Shown: positions 1 through 12,860 of the stretch, piece after piece
Numbering within the stretch: position 1 is the stretch's first letter
How the letters are laid out: every line of letters starts with the position of its first letter
From: Antedon mediterranea
Taxonomy: Eukaryota; Animalia; Echinodermata
Length of the DNA: 64,000 nt
Direction: 5' to 3'
Assembly (NCBI RefSeq): GCF_964355755.1
Contig: NC_092670.1
Location: 20,942,795 to 21,006,794 of the forward strand
Notes under the pieces: generated by a model
Seen by the model: only the letters and a program-made list of their open reading frames with translations
Told to the model about the DNA's origin: nothing
Databases searched by the model: none
Translations under genes and position numbers: made by a program

Positions 1-619
1 ATCATGTGGTCCCGCAGGTTAGAAATAGGACGCCAGCAGTGTTACAGTGCAAATGTACAGAATACCATACGGAACCATATGGACCCTGTGAAATCAACAG
101 GCATCCTAAACATACAAAATTGATATGACAATTACTGGCGATAGAAGTAGACCTAAAACAATAGGACTTATCTATTGTAATGGCCTGATATTCTTTATAT
201 GATAGTTTGCTAAAGGCAATATGGTTGTTCACATCAACTAAGACCACTTGAAACTGATAACAGCTCTATTCAAATCTTTCCTTTATTGATATTCAAGCAT
301 AATGCAATGGCTTTTATTTTACACATTTGGGGTATGTTTTATTTATGATTGGCCAGCAAATTCTTTCATTTATGTACAGTATGGTGGAATACACAACAGT
401 GATATAATTAAGGCAGCATCATTTTTGCATAATAAATCCACGAGCCAGGATCTCAAAACATTAATATACTTTATTGAAAGGGAGAAACTTTATGTTTAGA
501 GATAATTATAGAAAATTACATACAGTATTACAAAGTAATTTGATTTTTTGAAATATTACATATAATCTAATTAGGATTCGCTGATTTCACTAGTCTGGCA
601 TACAAAGTCTAGTAAAAAA

Positions 620-915
620 TGGATCTGGGCTAGTCAGCTTAACTGGCTCTGGGCTAGTCAGTTTAACTGGCTCTGGGCTAGTCAGCTTAACTGGTTCTGG
701 GCTAGTCTGCTTAACTGGCTCTGGGCTAGTCTGCTTAACTGGCTCTGGGCTAGTCTGCTTAACTGGCTCTGGGCTAGTCTGCTTAACTGGCTCTGGGCTA
801 GTCTGCTTAACTGGCTCTGGGCTAGTCAGCTTAACTGGCTCTAGGATAGTCAGCTTAACTGGCTCTGGACTAGTCAGCTTAACTGGCTCTGGGCTAGTCA
901 GCTTAACTGGCTCTG
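620..915. repeat. 24-bp minisatellite (GGCTCTGGGCTAGTCAGCTTAACT)n, about 12 copies
   Basis: Visible tandem units; explains the repetitive ORF 590..928. Confidence 0.95.
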
Positions 916-2374
916 GTTGTCGACTCAACTCGGCAGCTCAGAGATTGCAGTAATAAAAGAATTAGCCCATGAGTGGGCTTGTGAAAAAGCCAGTGTCAGA
1001 GCTATGGAAACTCACAATGAACTAGCCCAGTGGTGAAACAAAAATTTCAAAAATCGAGCCTTCTTATTAATTCTATCTATAACATGGCTAAAGTTCTATA
1101 GCATGACAGGAAAAAATAATTCAACAAAACAAAGTAGAAATAAAATAATCCTATATAAAAACAAATAGAAACATGTTAAAAGGGACAGAATGTCCGCAAT
1201 GAATCGAACTTCCTAAAGTCCAAAATAAAAGAAGGAATGTCGGCCTATTGATTTGACCGGGTTAACTGTTCTGTGTTGTCAGTAACACAGGTATCCTGGC
1301 CATTCACACTTGCTAATCAATACAATTAAATCCATTCTAATAATACTTGCAAAATGTAAGCCTCCCTTTAATTTGTAGTAAATATTGGTTAATTACAGAA
1401 ATACATATCTCCCTTTAATTTTGTAATCAATTTAATTTAATTCTCAATAAGATTTTCTTTTAATAACATTATCAATGCAATTTAACATCTTCATTTTATC
1501 CTGGTGAGCTTAATTGCTCAAATTTCTCTTTAATTAAAAGATGGGATATACCTCAAGAAATTTCTGGATCCAAGCAGATGCATAGGTTATTCCATATGGC
1601 AATATTGTATTTAAAATCTAAATATAGCAACAATGTCAAAATTTGATACAGTTATTGAAGTCGTACTGAAGATAAAACAATAGTTTGGTACACGGCATGA
1701 TGCCCTGTACACACTGACCATATTGTGCAAACACCGATATGAAAGACGATTCCTCTTGACGTCAGCGAACGGACAAGAATCACGAATAACTATGATGACA
1801 CGATATGACATTATTGTAATTGTCTCAGAGACAGCATTAGAAGAGACACAGGCCATTCAAAACACTTTACATATATCAATCAACCAATTACACCCGAGTC
1901 AATTAACTGCTTAGGTACTTGGAATCGAAAACAGCTTTTACTCTATCTGATTTGAAACTATATTCTGCTATTTTGAATATTTATTACTAATAAAATTATT
2001 CTTTAAAGAAACATTCCTAGAATTCTTTTAAGTGACAAGAAGGATTTTATCAAAGAGTTACTAATTTCATCCTCAATCAGAAAAAACGTTTATAAATTGC
2101 TAAGATTTCGCAATTCTTGATTTCTTGGAAATTCATCAAAGGGCAAGCAATTATTGCTATTAAAGATGTCACTGCCTATTACTTATTTATATCAATAAGG
2201 AAAAATAATGTTATGCACTTGAACAAAACAAAATAATTTTGGTTCATTTAGAAACATTTTAGTGTCCAACTACTGTAAGTACCTTCCATGTAAACAAACT
2301 AAAAAAGGTATAGCTATTATCATCCTTAAGCTTATCTGGAAACTGAGGTAATTTGGATTAGGGATCTCTACTCT

Positions 2375-2455
2375 TCGAATAGTGTACCAAGTTCACTGTA
2401 TGTACACAAGACCACCGACTTTATGTCCCATCTTAAGGACAGAGGCAACTACCAC
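2375..2455 (-). mobile_element. Degenerate SINE core fragment
   Basis: Minus strand GTCCTTAAGATGGGACATAAAGTCGGTGGTC...GGTACACTATTCGA resembles invertebrate SINE central domains and the core of the SINE at 6.6-6.8 kb. Confidence 0.4.
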
Positions 2456-2760
2456 ATACTCTCTTTCACAAAATATTTTAAAATAGCAGTTTTATAAAAC
2501 TATTTTTCAACATTTTTGTTTAGCATTAATATTACACAAAGCCATGATAATAAATCATCCATTTTGTTAATAAGTGCTAATGCTTGTCACATATGAAGAA
2601 TCTCCTACTAGCAACAGGCAAAATAAAATTTAAAAAAAATAAATTGACACAATAATAATAGATAAATAAAGAAAATGTTAATACAAGAATAGAGAAAAGT
2701 ATGTTTTGGTAATTATGTTTTTTTACAGGTTTCACAATTAGATATTATTTAATAATTAAT

Positions 2761-3125
2761 ACTCCTCCATTTAAAGACCATTTAAAATAAACACTTCCTC
2801 CATTTAAAGACCATTTAAACTAAACACTTCTTCAATTTAAAGACCATTCACACTAAACACTTCCTCCATTTAAAGACCATTTAAACTAAACACTTAATCT
2901 ATTTGAAGACCATTCACACTAAACACTTCCTCCATTTAAAGACCATTTAAACTAAACACTTCTTCAATTTAAAGACCATTCACACTAAACACTTCCTCCA
3001 TTTAAAGACCATTTAAACTAAACACTTAATCTATTTAAAGACCATTTAAACTAAACACTTCCTCCATTTAAAGACCATTTAAACTAAACACTTAATCTAT
3101 TTAAAGACCATTTAAACTAAACACT
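2761..3125. repeat. 33-bp minisatellite (AAACACTTCCTCCATTTAAAGACCATTTAAACT)n, about 11 copies
   Basis: Period 33 (ACACTT at 2791, 2824, ...), with recurring unit variants. Confidence 0.95.
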
Positions 3126-4204
3126 ACTTCTATATTAAAAAGGCATGCAAACTAAAAATTCTCCCCATTAAAAGGCATACAACAATATTATATTTATAGT
3201 AAAGTTTAGTAGTGTAGTGGAGCTGTAACTTGGTGGTTAAGTAGTGTAGCTGTAGCTTGGTGGTTAACGTGCCAGGGTTGTAACTCACAACTCGTTTAAC
3301 TCCACTCTCTAAGCCTCAAATAAGACTTAGTTTATAAGCACATAAAATAGTTTATCCATCCTGTAATTGACAAATTATTCGATGTTTGATGCGTACTAAA
3401 TAACAAAATTTAAAAACCCCAAATTTTTTATATAAAAGTTAAAAGGATTGCTAAAGCCTCGTCTACAGCAGCAAACTTGAAAATGTTTCTTAGATGTACT
3501 GTATTGCACACATATCATAATTAATAAAAATAACATTTAAAAAAAGAAATTCAACTAATAAGGCAATACATTGGTATAAAGATCCACAATTTAAATCTCA
3601 GATTAGATACGATCGAATTGATGATCTTCCTTTACATACTATAGAGGGCTCACTTCACCTTGTGGTTTAAATTAATTGTAAATAATAATAAATTTTCACG
3701 CCTATATTTCCAAAAATAGAAATATATGGCATCAACAAACATTTTGTTGGTATTGGGTAATGACAAAATATAGTATATTGAAAAGCATTGTTGAAAGAAA
3801 AGATTTAAGCCATGAAAAAATCCTAATTAACCAATTGAAATAAATCCTAATTAACCCAATGAAATAACAAAAGGGTCAGACAAAATATATAAAGGCATCC
3901 TACAGAAAATATTTGTCACCAAAATCTATAAGCTAGTTTCTTGAACCACCTAAAATACTGTACAACATAAATATATTTTGTTTGTATATTGAATGCAAAA
4001 CAAACAACTTCACTTGATTTTAGCATATTTTTGTTGCTCTGTCTGAAAAATAGATAGATCGTTGCTGGACAGAATACTTTTTCTTTTTGCCATATTGCAG
4101 AGTTGCGACCATTTTGACCACCAGTTTTATGAATCTTTGTATACCACAACCAAATGAATTTCCCAGTTTGCGATAATAAAGCTTTATTGAATTAATTACA
4201 GACA

Positions 4205-4308
4205 AAAATAATTCTTGAAATATGGTAGTGATATGATATCCATATAATATGGCCACATCCCTTTTTTTTTTTCACATAAAGTTGAATGATAGTGAAGACA
4301 GAGCTTTA
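4205..4308. mobile_element. Partial copy of MITE family A (ends AGCTCTGTCTACACT / AGTGTAGACAGAGCT)
   Basis: Ends in GATAGTGAAGACAGAGCTTT and has internal ATATGGTAGTGAT, shared with copies at 45.7, 59.3, 59.6 and 62.8 kb. Confidence 0.6.
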
Positions 4309-4759
4309 CAGTAACTACTGTTTGTTGTTTTATCTGCACAGAGCTAGATTATTGCACTTCCTGGAAGTATTTATTAAGTAATCACATGATCTAAATAAAA
4401 TTGACCTTATAGCTTAAAATACTGTATCTTCTATTTTCCTTTAATCCATATCGACATACCACAGATGTCCCCTTAATAGGGGTTCTACTGTCTATAGATG
4501 GGCAAGGAAGTAACTGTTGATTGATTGATTGATTGAGTGGAGAGGGACATGGGTTACGGGGGAAGTTTTAAAGACAGGAGGGATTAATTAGTGTGGAAGG
4601 TGGAAGTGATAATGGGAGAGTAGAGAAGGCATTAGTGGATGTAGAAGATTGGGAGCAGGTTTGGTGAGAGGCAGAGGGGATCCATTGATTCATAAAAGTA
4701 GAATTTCAATAATACAAAGCAATGTACAATGAGTGCATCCTTTGATAATGCAATCATTG

Positions 4760-5442
4760 AGTGATGATTGATTTTGATTGATGATTGATCAATAATTGTT
4801 TGATTGATGATTGATTGTTTGATTGATGTTTGATTGATGATTGACTGATTATTGTTTGATGATTGATCAATAATTATTTGATTGATGATTGATTGATGAT
4901 TGATTTTGATTGATGATTAATTGATTGATGATCAATAATTGTTTGATTGATGATTGATTATTGTTTGATGATTGATTGTTTGATTGATGATTGACTGTTT
5001 GATTGATTATTGACTGTTTGGTTGATTGTTTGACTGATGATTGACTGTTTGATTGATTATTGATTGCTTGATTGATTGTTTGATTGATGATTGATTGTTT
5101 GTTTGATTATTGTTTGATTGATGATTGACTGTTTGATTGATTATTGATTGTTTGATTGACTGTTTGATTGATTATTGTTTGATTGATGATTGATTGTTTG
5201 TTTGATTATTGTTTGATTGATGATTGACTGTTTGATTGATTATTGACTGTTTGATTGACTGTTTATTTAATTGTTTGATGTTTGATTGATGATTGATTGA
5301 TTGATGATTGATCGATAGTTGTTTGATTGATGTTTGATTGATGATTGATTGATGATTGATTGATGATTAATTGACGATTGATAGATAATTGATTGATTGT
5401 TTGATTGACGATTGATTGATTGATGATTGATTTATGATTGAT
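4760..5442. repeat. Degenerate (GATT/GAT/GTTT)n microsatellite tract
   Basis: About 680 bp composed almost entirely of TGAT/TGATT/TGTT units. Confidence 0.95.
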
Positions 5443-5623
5443 AACAACATCTCAGTCATCAGCATATTAAGTATTGCTAAAAGCACCATACTCACAATTT
5501 GTGTTATTTCCAGTCCAACTGCAGTGTCTTTCTATTCAACTCCTTCTTTCTGATGAGTCTTGATTGTTACTGTTTGCTGAAAATGTCTGTTATTAAACAA
5601 AGAAAACAAAACTACTTTACCTT

Positions 5624-8600
5624 CTAAACAAGTTGTCCAAGTTTCAATGACGTCCCGCCTACAGCAATCAGACGTCCACCGTGGGTACTATCAAGTGCTT
5701 GAACAGGCTTGCCGTCCATATCAATTTTTCCCAAAACCTACAAATTGAAAAAATATACATGATATAGTGAATTAACCTAAATAACCTTAGATAAACACAG
5801 TCAATTATAAGGATAAAAAATATACAAATTACATACATATTATTATCATTAATATAACATGCTAGTAAAATAGTTGCTGATATCAATAGGAGTAAGAGAC
5901 ATGTAAAGTTTTCTCTTGTTGCCTTATTCTTTAGGATCGTCTATGGCACTACTGTTATATGTCAATTAAAATGGTTTAAATGTCAATGTACACAGGAAGT
6001 TATAAGGATATTACATACGATTGTATTTTAGTTTGTTTAAAGTGCGCATGGTAGTCAAAGTGCGCATGGTAGTCAAAGTGTGCATGGTAGTCAAAGTGTG
6101 CATGGTAGTCAAAGTGTGCATGGTAGTCAAAGTGTGCATGGTAGTCAAAGTGTGCATGGTAGTCAAAGCGTGCATGGTAGTCAAAGCGTGCATGGTAGTC
6201 AAAGCGTGCATGGTAGTCAAAGCGTGCATGGTAGTCAAAGTGTGCATGGTAGTCAAAGTGTGCATGGTAGTCAAAGTGTGCATGGTAGTCAAAGTGTGCA
6301 TGGTAGTCAAAGTGTGCATGGTAGTCAAAGTGTGCATGGTAGTCAAAGTGTGCATGGTAGTCAAAGTGTGCATGGTAGTCAAAGTGTGCATGGTAGTCAA
6401 AGTGTGCATGGTAGTCAAAGTGTGCATGGTAGTCAAAGTGTGCATGGTAGTCAAAGTGTGCATGGCAGTCAATGTATGCTTGCCATATTTGTTTTGTATT
6501 ATTAATTTATGCTGGGTGAACTCTTCAGTCAAAGACTGGTCTCCCAGAGGGTCCAGACATGATCAGTGGCGGTGATATACTATTACACAGGTAACTCTCT
6601 ACTTGTCTTAAAATATATAATAGGTTTTTTGAAGTGCACATGAGCTAGATGTGAACCCTGGACCCACAGTTTATAGTCCTTATCCGAGAAGACTCGTTCT
6701 ACCACCAGAACCATGAAGTGAGTGAGCCTTGAACCCTTGCCGATGATGGCTACGTAATTACGGTTCCACTGTCTTAACCGCTCGGCCACTCACTCGCTCA
6801 TGACAATAGCGTGTCTAATCCTTCATTCACATGCAAACAAAGTGAGTGCGAGTTGAGAGAAAAAAAACACTTACCTTGCCGGATATTCTACTAATAGCCT
6901 GTACGTTGTTCGTGCCGCTTCCACCCGCAATGATGACATCATTATCACAGAATTGCGCAGCATACAGGAATTCACCAGAAGCTTCTTCTGTCTCCACTGG
7001 TATCGTGGACTCCAGTCGTTGACTTGACCAATCATAAATCTGCAGGGCATCTTTGTTTACCCATGATGCTGTCAGAAGTTTTCCATCCTACCAGGACCAA
7101 GGAATCATATAAATAACGGTTAAACAATGAGACTTTGTTTGTTTGTTGTTTTAAAAGTTTCTCTGCACACACACATAACATTCAAAGTTGCACAAGTTTA
7201 AAAAAAGCGTGCAGAAGGAGATCAAAATAAGTTTGGAGACAAACTTTAAGATGTTAATTATAATATGATTGATGATTGTTAGTAGTCTGTTAATAAACTG
7301 TAGGCTGCTATGGCTGCTGGTGTAGCAGCTGGCGTTTAATATGACCCTTAGCAATACCTATTAAAAACCTATTTGTTTACCTTCACATCCAAACCACTAC
7401 CACATATATGAGGGCCTGCAATGGTTCCTTGCACCCCTTGGCTTGTTCTGCTATCCCAAATCTATAAAATAAATAAATCACATCTTACTGCACTTAAATA
7501 TTGTTCATTTCATTTTCTTTCACTTTACTTATAACATATATAAAGTGGAGGAGCCTAAATGAAAGCATAGATTGTAGTGAATAGGCTCCTGAAAACAAAA
7601 ATATAAAATATAAATATTACAAAATTAGGAACAGCCTTCATATAATAATGAAGATTTTTTTCCTAAACTAATAAGTTTTCTCTATCTTTTAACAAGTTTA
7701 AAACATAAAAAACATGATAATAAATGTATTAACATTGTCAAGGCCATCTTTTGACACCCACAACAACAGCCCCTACACCACTACTACCTAAAGCAATCTT
7801 AATCACACACACCTTAATACAATTGTCCCAACCTCCACTGAAGAATATTCGATCAGCATCAGGGTGATATTTTAGAGCAAATATTCTCTTGCCATGCCCA
7901 CAATCTCCTTGATCGTCAATTATGTTATTTATCGAATTTAAACCGTCGTACTGTCTTGATAACTAAAAAAATAAAAGAATTGATCATGATTATCAACATT
8001 TAATATTGGTAAAATGTGTAATGCAAGTACTGTACTCTTTGAAAAGGTTTTAAACAAAGCAAATATTTTACATATATTATAATTTGTGATGATTTAGGGC
8101 CTCCGCATACTGTGTTGTTGGGTCACTGACTTGTGCCAAGGAATCGAACGAGGAATGTTCCAATGCCCTGCTTGTGAATTTAAGTTAGCTAAGTTCCTGG
8201 ATCTTCGCAGATGGTGTGAGTATGCTTTGAATTGAGCCAAGTGTCATGTCAAATCAAATATGAAGGGCTAGTAATAGGCAAAAACTCTATACTGTAGTCC
8301 TAAAATAAGAAACCATTGGGTACCTCATTTGTTTCTGTGTCATATATTCTGACGGACAAATCTTTTCCTCCTGTTGCAAATGCTTCTCCACTGGAGCTAA
8401 AATCCAAGGCATTGATTTCATTTTTACTCTCTGAAAAACAAAAAAGATCTTTATGTTTAGAATTTCCAGGGGTGAATTGCTATAAGCGGTCTATAAACGG
8501 TCTTAGCGCTTAGCCAGCTACAATTCGTGACATACCAATTAGTCTTTATTACAGACCATTGCTATACCGTGGTCTAACCTGTAAGCGGTCTTTAAAATTA

Positions 8601-10724
8601 AAGCCTACTCGAAGGAGTCTTAAAACTGTCTTAAACCTCTCTTTTAAGTTTTAGTTAAATCAAATAATGGTGATTTTATTCTTATATATGCCTAGAATAG
8701 ATTTTTCTCGCGTAGAAATGTACGTACTGTTATGATTGTGTTTGTTTGTTTGTTTTTATTTCTTGCTCATATAAAAATAATAATTGTACATCAAAAGTCG
8801 CAGACTTTAAAAACAACAAATTTAGAACAAAGAAAAGAAACAAGCAAAGACAGTCCAAAGACAACAAAAAACGAGTAGGAGCAAAGGATAACCCTCTAAA
8901 CCCGGAGGTTTGTATCCTGAGGGGTCCCGAAAGAAAAAGACAAAGGAAAAATGAACAATCAGACGGCAGGAAGCGAAAAAAGGCCAAAGTTAGTCAATTC
9001 GCTCTTTGAGGATTTTCTTTATATGAAGCTTGAAGGTGGACTTTAAATTAATTTCTTTGATATTCTGAGGCAAACTATTCCAGAGAATTATGCTATTATA
9101 AAAAAATGTAGAAGCAATGCAACTGGATTTTTTATAAATGTTTACAAAATCGTGTATGCTGCGCCCCTTGTATTATGGTGATGTCTTTCTGAAACTTTCA
9201 CAAAGTTTTCACGCATATACACAGGGGAGAAATTGTGCATTAAATTAAAAATATGATTGAGTTGCAGTTGTTTCACTCTATTTATAATATTTAGATAGCC
9301 AGCAAGTTTAAAGTCGGAGGCAGAAATGTGATATCGTGGTCCCTTTCCTAGGACTAATCTAATGACCTTATTTTGGACACGTTGGAGTTTGGAGACATAC
9401 AATTTAGAAATACCACAGTACCAAGAGCAACAGCAATAGTCTATAAGAAATAGAGCCAAAGCAGATGCCAATAATCTCTTTGTTTTAAGATCAAGGCGGC
9501 TAGCAGATCTATATAGAAATTTGAGTCTCGAGTTGACCTTTTTGAGGATATGAGAACATATCACCTTCCCCGACAGATTTTTGTCAAATTCAAGGCCCAA
9601 ATAAACTAGATTGTTTAGCTTTGATAGTTGAATTACAAATTTTGATAGTTGCATTCTTAGTATACTTCGTTTTAGATTTTGAGCAAAAGAAAATAAATTC
9701 CGTTTTGTCCATATGAAGGGACAATTTATTGTTTATAAGCCATCTTTGGCAATTTTCAATGTTCTTTTTTAATTCTGCCTTGACCACATCCATGTCCCTA
9801 TGTGACACTAGCAAGGCACTATCATCAGCATACTGCAGCAACTTGCAGTCAACTGATGAAGGCATGTCGTTCATGTAACACAAGAAGAGCAAAGGCCCCA
9901 GTGCTGTCAGTCAGACATAAGTGGAGTGGGTTAACAATTTGCATACAATATAAGTTTGACAGAGGTTAGCAGAAATGTGTAGTGGTTACACAAACAGCTC
10001 AATCAGTGAGTTATCAAGATAAAAAGAACAAAAAGGGGGAAAACAACATACCATTAATTACTGCCATATTTCGGCAGCTATCAATGTTCCAAAGCTTGAT
10101 GTTTCCGTCGCAGTCTACTGACAACATTAAGTCATGCTTGAAAGGGTGAAAGTTCAAACTCATGATAGGAAGTCCAGCATTTGTCCCCTTGTTTAAATTC
10201 TTTGTCATCTTACCAGTGGCGCTATCATATAACTACAACCAAAACAAATTAAAGCTTTAATTAATAATAATACATTCATTCTACATAAAAATAACATCAA
10301 GAACATTTTAATAAAAACAATTAGCCTTTATTTTTCCAAAATGGGGAACAGATAATTATCTAGACCATGGACAATCGGACCCGAGGTGTTCAGGCAGTTA
10401 TAAAGAGATTATTTAGAGGATTAGGTTCAGTTTAATTAGGCGTTAAGTTGATTATTTTGGAAGAGTTAGGCCTAAGTTCAGTTGTTATGGGCCCAATAGT
10501 CCATGGTATCGATCAATAATAAACTTTCTTACACCGACTGCCCCATTTCCACATCCAACAGCAAGAGAACCACCATCCAATGAGAACTGCAGACTATACA
10601 CTCCCATGTAATATTCATTGACCTTTATCTCGAGCATGTTCTTGAGGTCACTGAAGGAGCCACTGCCACTCTTCTCAATTTCTCTTCCAGCACAAATGGC
10701 AGCTTCCAGTCTTCTGCGTGCCAT
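5624..10724 (-). CDS. WD40-repeat protein, 345 aa, 7 coding exons
   Basis: GT-AG, frame-consistent exons 10724-10533, 10232-10052, 8430-8324, 7962-7813, 7461-7381, 7087-6875, 5737-5624. WD motifs include IKLWNI, FATGGKDLSVRIYD, GHGKRIFALKYHP...IKIWD, GPHICGSGLD, LQIYDW. Probable non-coding first exon near 12.7-12.85 kb. Confidence 0.9.
6037..6472. repeat. 18-bp minisatellite (GTGTGCATGGTAGTCAAA)n, about 24 copies, in the last WD40 intron
   Basis: Near-perfect tandem array; produces three spurious ORFs. Confidence 0.97.
6615..6798 (-). mobile_element. tRNA-derived SINE
   Basis: Minus strand A box TGGCCGAGCGG, B-box-like GGTTCAAGGC, then core TCTCGGATAAGGACTATAAACTGTGGGTCC. Confidence 0.7.
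8735..9900 (-). mobile_element. 5'-truncated, frameshifted LINE (CR1/L2-group reverse transcriptase 3' part) in WD40 intron 2
   Basis: ORF 9590..9892 LFLCYMNDMP...QYADDS...WLINNKLSLHMDKT, shifting into ORF 9142..9654 YLGL...LQRVQNK; minus-strand AATAAA plus (AAAC)n tail at about 8735-8762. Confidence 0.9.
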
Positions 10725-11221
10725 TCTTGTTTTTAATTTGCTGTTACCAATTATAACTGGCTGAAGAAAAGAACAGATAGTAAATTTTTAAAAGGAAATT
10801 AGGTGACATGCCTTTATAATAAGGATCAATATTATTTTTAGGCTTGTGTAATACTAGGCCTACTGTACTCTTTAGGGAGGCGGCCCACACACGGGGGGCT
10901 AGACAGGTTTACACCACTCACAGATAGACGTAACACACTCACACGAATGCTAGTCAAGTCGCCTCATCGCAAAGTCGCCCCATACAAATTCGCCCCTCAC
11001 AAAGTCGCCCCATCGCAAAGTCGCCCTATCGCAAAGTCGCCCCTCACAAAGTCGTCCCAACGCAAAGTCGCCCCATCACAAAGTCGCCCCAACACAAAGT
11101 CGCCCCATCGCAAAGTTGCCCCTAGGCCTAAACGTTAAAATAGTTTACAAGTGTGTAAAATTACGCAATTGATATTCTTGGGCAATTTGAACACAAAATA
11201 ACACGGAAGGTGTAGTACTAG

Positions 11222-11340
11222 TAGTCTCAGGTCACAGTACATCGATCGTTTAAGTGCGCGACAGTGAACTGATTATGTACGTCGGGGCTTCCTCTCTGTG
11301 ATAGGAGCGTTGCCGATCAATGTACTGTGACCTGAGACTA
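11222..11340. mobile_element. Small hairpin MITE
   Basis: TAGTCTCAGGTCACAGTACATCGATCG pairs with CGATCAATGTACTGTGACCTGAGACTA (27 bp, 1 mismatch). Confidence 0.75.
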
Positions 11341-11341
11341 A

Positions 11342-11565
11342 AAAGAGTCGATCAACATCAGAAAACATGGAAAAATCATGAACAGAGATGAAGGAGCCCA
11401 CGAATTGTCACACATTTATGATCAACTATTGGAGAAGGGGGGCACGTCCTTTTGGACCTATTGGTGGCGCTATACCAACTCATCGTCGTCATGGGATTAA
11501 CAACGCTAGACGATGAAACGCCAGTTGAGAATGAAACCTGATAGGTTTCGAAACGTACTGTAAGT
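11342..11565 (+). mobile_element. Penelope-like element 3' end (GIY-YIG C-terminus plus pLTR region)
   Basis: Frame from 11342 reads KESINIRKHGKIMNRDEGAHELSHIYDQLL, matching the KE-I-I...NRD-G--LS--Y--LL terminus of Penelope/Poseidon endonucleases; stop at 11498-11500; hammerhead motif follows. Confidence 0.85.
11522..11560 (+). ncRNA. Minimal type I hammerhead ribozyme (PLE type, U3-A8 core variant)
   Basis: CAG-UUGAGAA-U-GAAACCU-GAU-AGGUUUC-GAA-ACGU-A-CUG: 3-bp stem I, 7-bp stem II, palindromic ACGU stem III, predicted cleavage after A11557. Confidence 0.7.
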
Positions 11566-12459
11566 TTGCTTATACTATTTTTGGTTGTTCAAAAAGAAAT
11601 TTTATGTAATAGGTACATAATTATTTAAATGTCAAATTGTATAGGGACCGTAGAATACGTCTTTTATTTTATGCAACAAACTACGTAAAACAATTATTAT
11701 TAATAAACATTCAGTTTACTATTATTAGTATTATAATGAACATTTGATCAATCCCATCATTATCCATTATAAAATTGCATCATATCACCAAATATGTTGT
11801 AAAAATGATGATGTGCATATTCGTCGTACGTGCGTGTACGTATTATTCCGTGACTCTTCACTGTATTGTTTAATTTAAAATTAAATAATCACCCGATATG
11901 AGGATATTTATTAGGTTTGATAATTTGTCCTAGATTGTTTTATAACCAAAAGGGTTGAAAGGAATTTCTTCAGTAAAATGATCATTGTTCTGTTGATTAA
12001 AAGGCGACACACAATTTCTGAAACCAATCGGAGCTGCGCCTTCTGGCAGCTGTTTTCTCACAGTAGTGTTTCTGCTGACCGGGGATTCCTCTTTTTAAAA
12101 AACATGCATAACTGTACAAAATGGTAACTAATTTTAAAATCATATTAAATTAACATTTTCTAAACAGTGGTAATCATATTAGAAACTATTTTTTTAATGA
12201 TTTTCAAAAAGCACATTTCTCCATTAAAACCTGTAAAATAAAAATTAAAACACAAATTATGTATATATTATTATTATAATATATATAAGACATTTTTGAT
12301 GACTAAAGTAACAACGCGATCGATATGATTAAAACAGCGTACTACAGTAGCGGCGATGCGGAATAAAACAGTGAGTTTTGCGATGGGGAGACTTTGCGTT
12401 GACTGGATCATCATGTTGGAGGTATAAAATTAGCTCACACACCCATCACACAGCAAACG

Positions 12460-12860
12460 TCGGCCTAGCTAAGAGAGGCCTAGCCTAGGCCCTAGACCTA
12501 ACCCTAGCTAGCCTAGTAGGCTAGAGAGGCTAGGCCTAGCTAGGCTAAGGCTACTACTACTAGCCTAGCCTACTAGGAGCTTAGCTAGCTAGCTAGGGCC
12601 TATATAGGCCTACCCTACCTAGGCTAGGCCTAGGCCTAGGCCTACTACCTCAATTATCTGTCTCTCTTCCTATTTACAAAGTCAATTTTAATAATAAAAC
12701 TAATCTTACTAGCTAGGCCTAGGCCTATACTGTACTATACAATCAGCTCTTCAGACAGAGCTCTAATTCGTCTGTTTTTGTTGCCATGTGAATTTAAAGT
12801 CAAATTTCGATTTGACCTTTCTCCTTCTTCCGTTCCACACACACGTACGACGACGCTAGC
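12460..12860 (-). promoter_or_regulatory. Putative WD40 promoter/non-coding first exon with TAGGCCTA-rich first-intron flank
   Basis: Minus-strand donor GTAAGA at about 12708; CpG-richer segment at 12830-12880; matching acceptor TTTTCTTCAG at about 10761-10770. Confidence 0.4.

Larger units (their letters stand above)
10951..12406. mobile_element. Non-autonomous DNA element with 16-bp subterminal repeats (CAAAGTCGCCCCATCG)n
   Basis: About 10 tandem units at 10955-11122; inverted unit and terminus TTTGCGATGGGGAGACTTTGCGTTGACT at about 12377-12404. Confidence 0.55.

Noticed and set aside
590-928. ORF with EPVKLTSP repeats
   Set aside because: Translation of the 24-bp minisatellite; no supporting splice structure seen, though a repeat exon of a gene outside the window cannot be excluded
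5495-5620. Possible spliced 3'UTR exon after the WD40 stop
   Set aside because: The implied intron is only about 34 nt and the segment has stops in all frames; unsupported without transcripts
620-6472. Possible CRISPR-like arrays
   Set aside because: Repeats are head-to-tail with no unique spacers, there are no cas genes, and the DNA is eukaryotic
6011-6575. Three overlapping repetitive ORFs
   Set aside because: Stop-free frames of an intronic 18-bp minisatellite
8097-8270. GC-richer intronic segment, considered as a snoRNA or ncRNA
   Set aside because: No convincing C/D or H/ACA boxes or stable stems found by eye
8730-9009. Lys/Arg-rich ORF and its antisense ORF
   Set aside because: Compositional artefact of the LINE 3'UTR
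10947-11138. KVAP/QSRP repeat ORF
   Set aside because: Translation of 16-bp subterminal repeats
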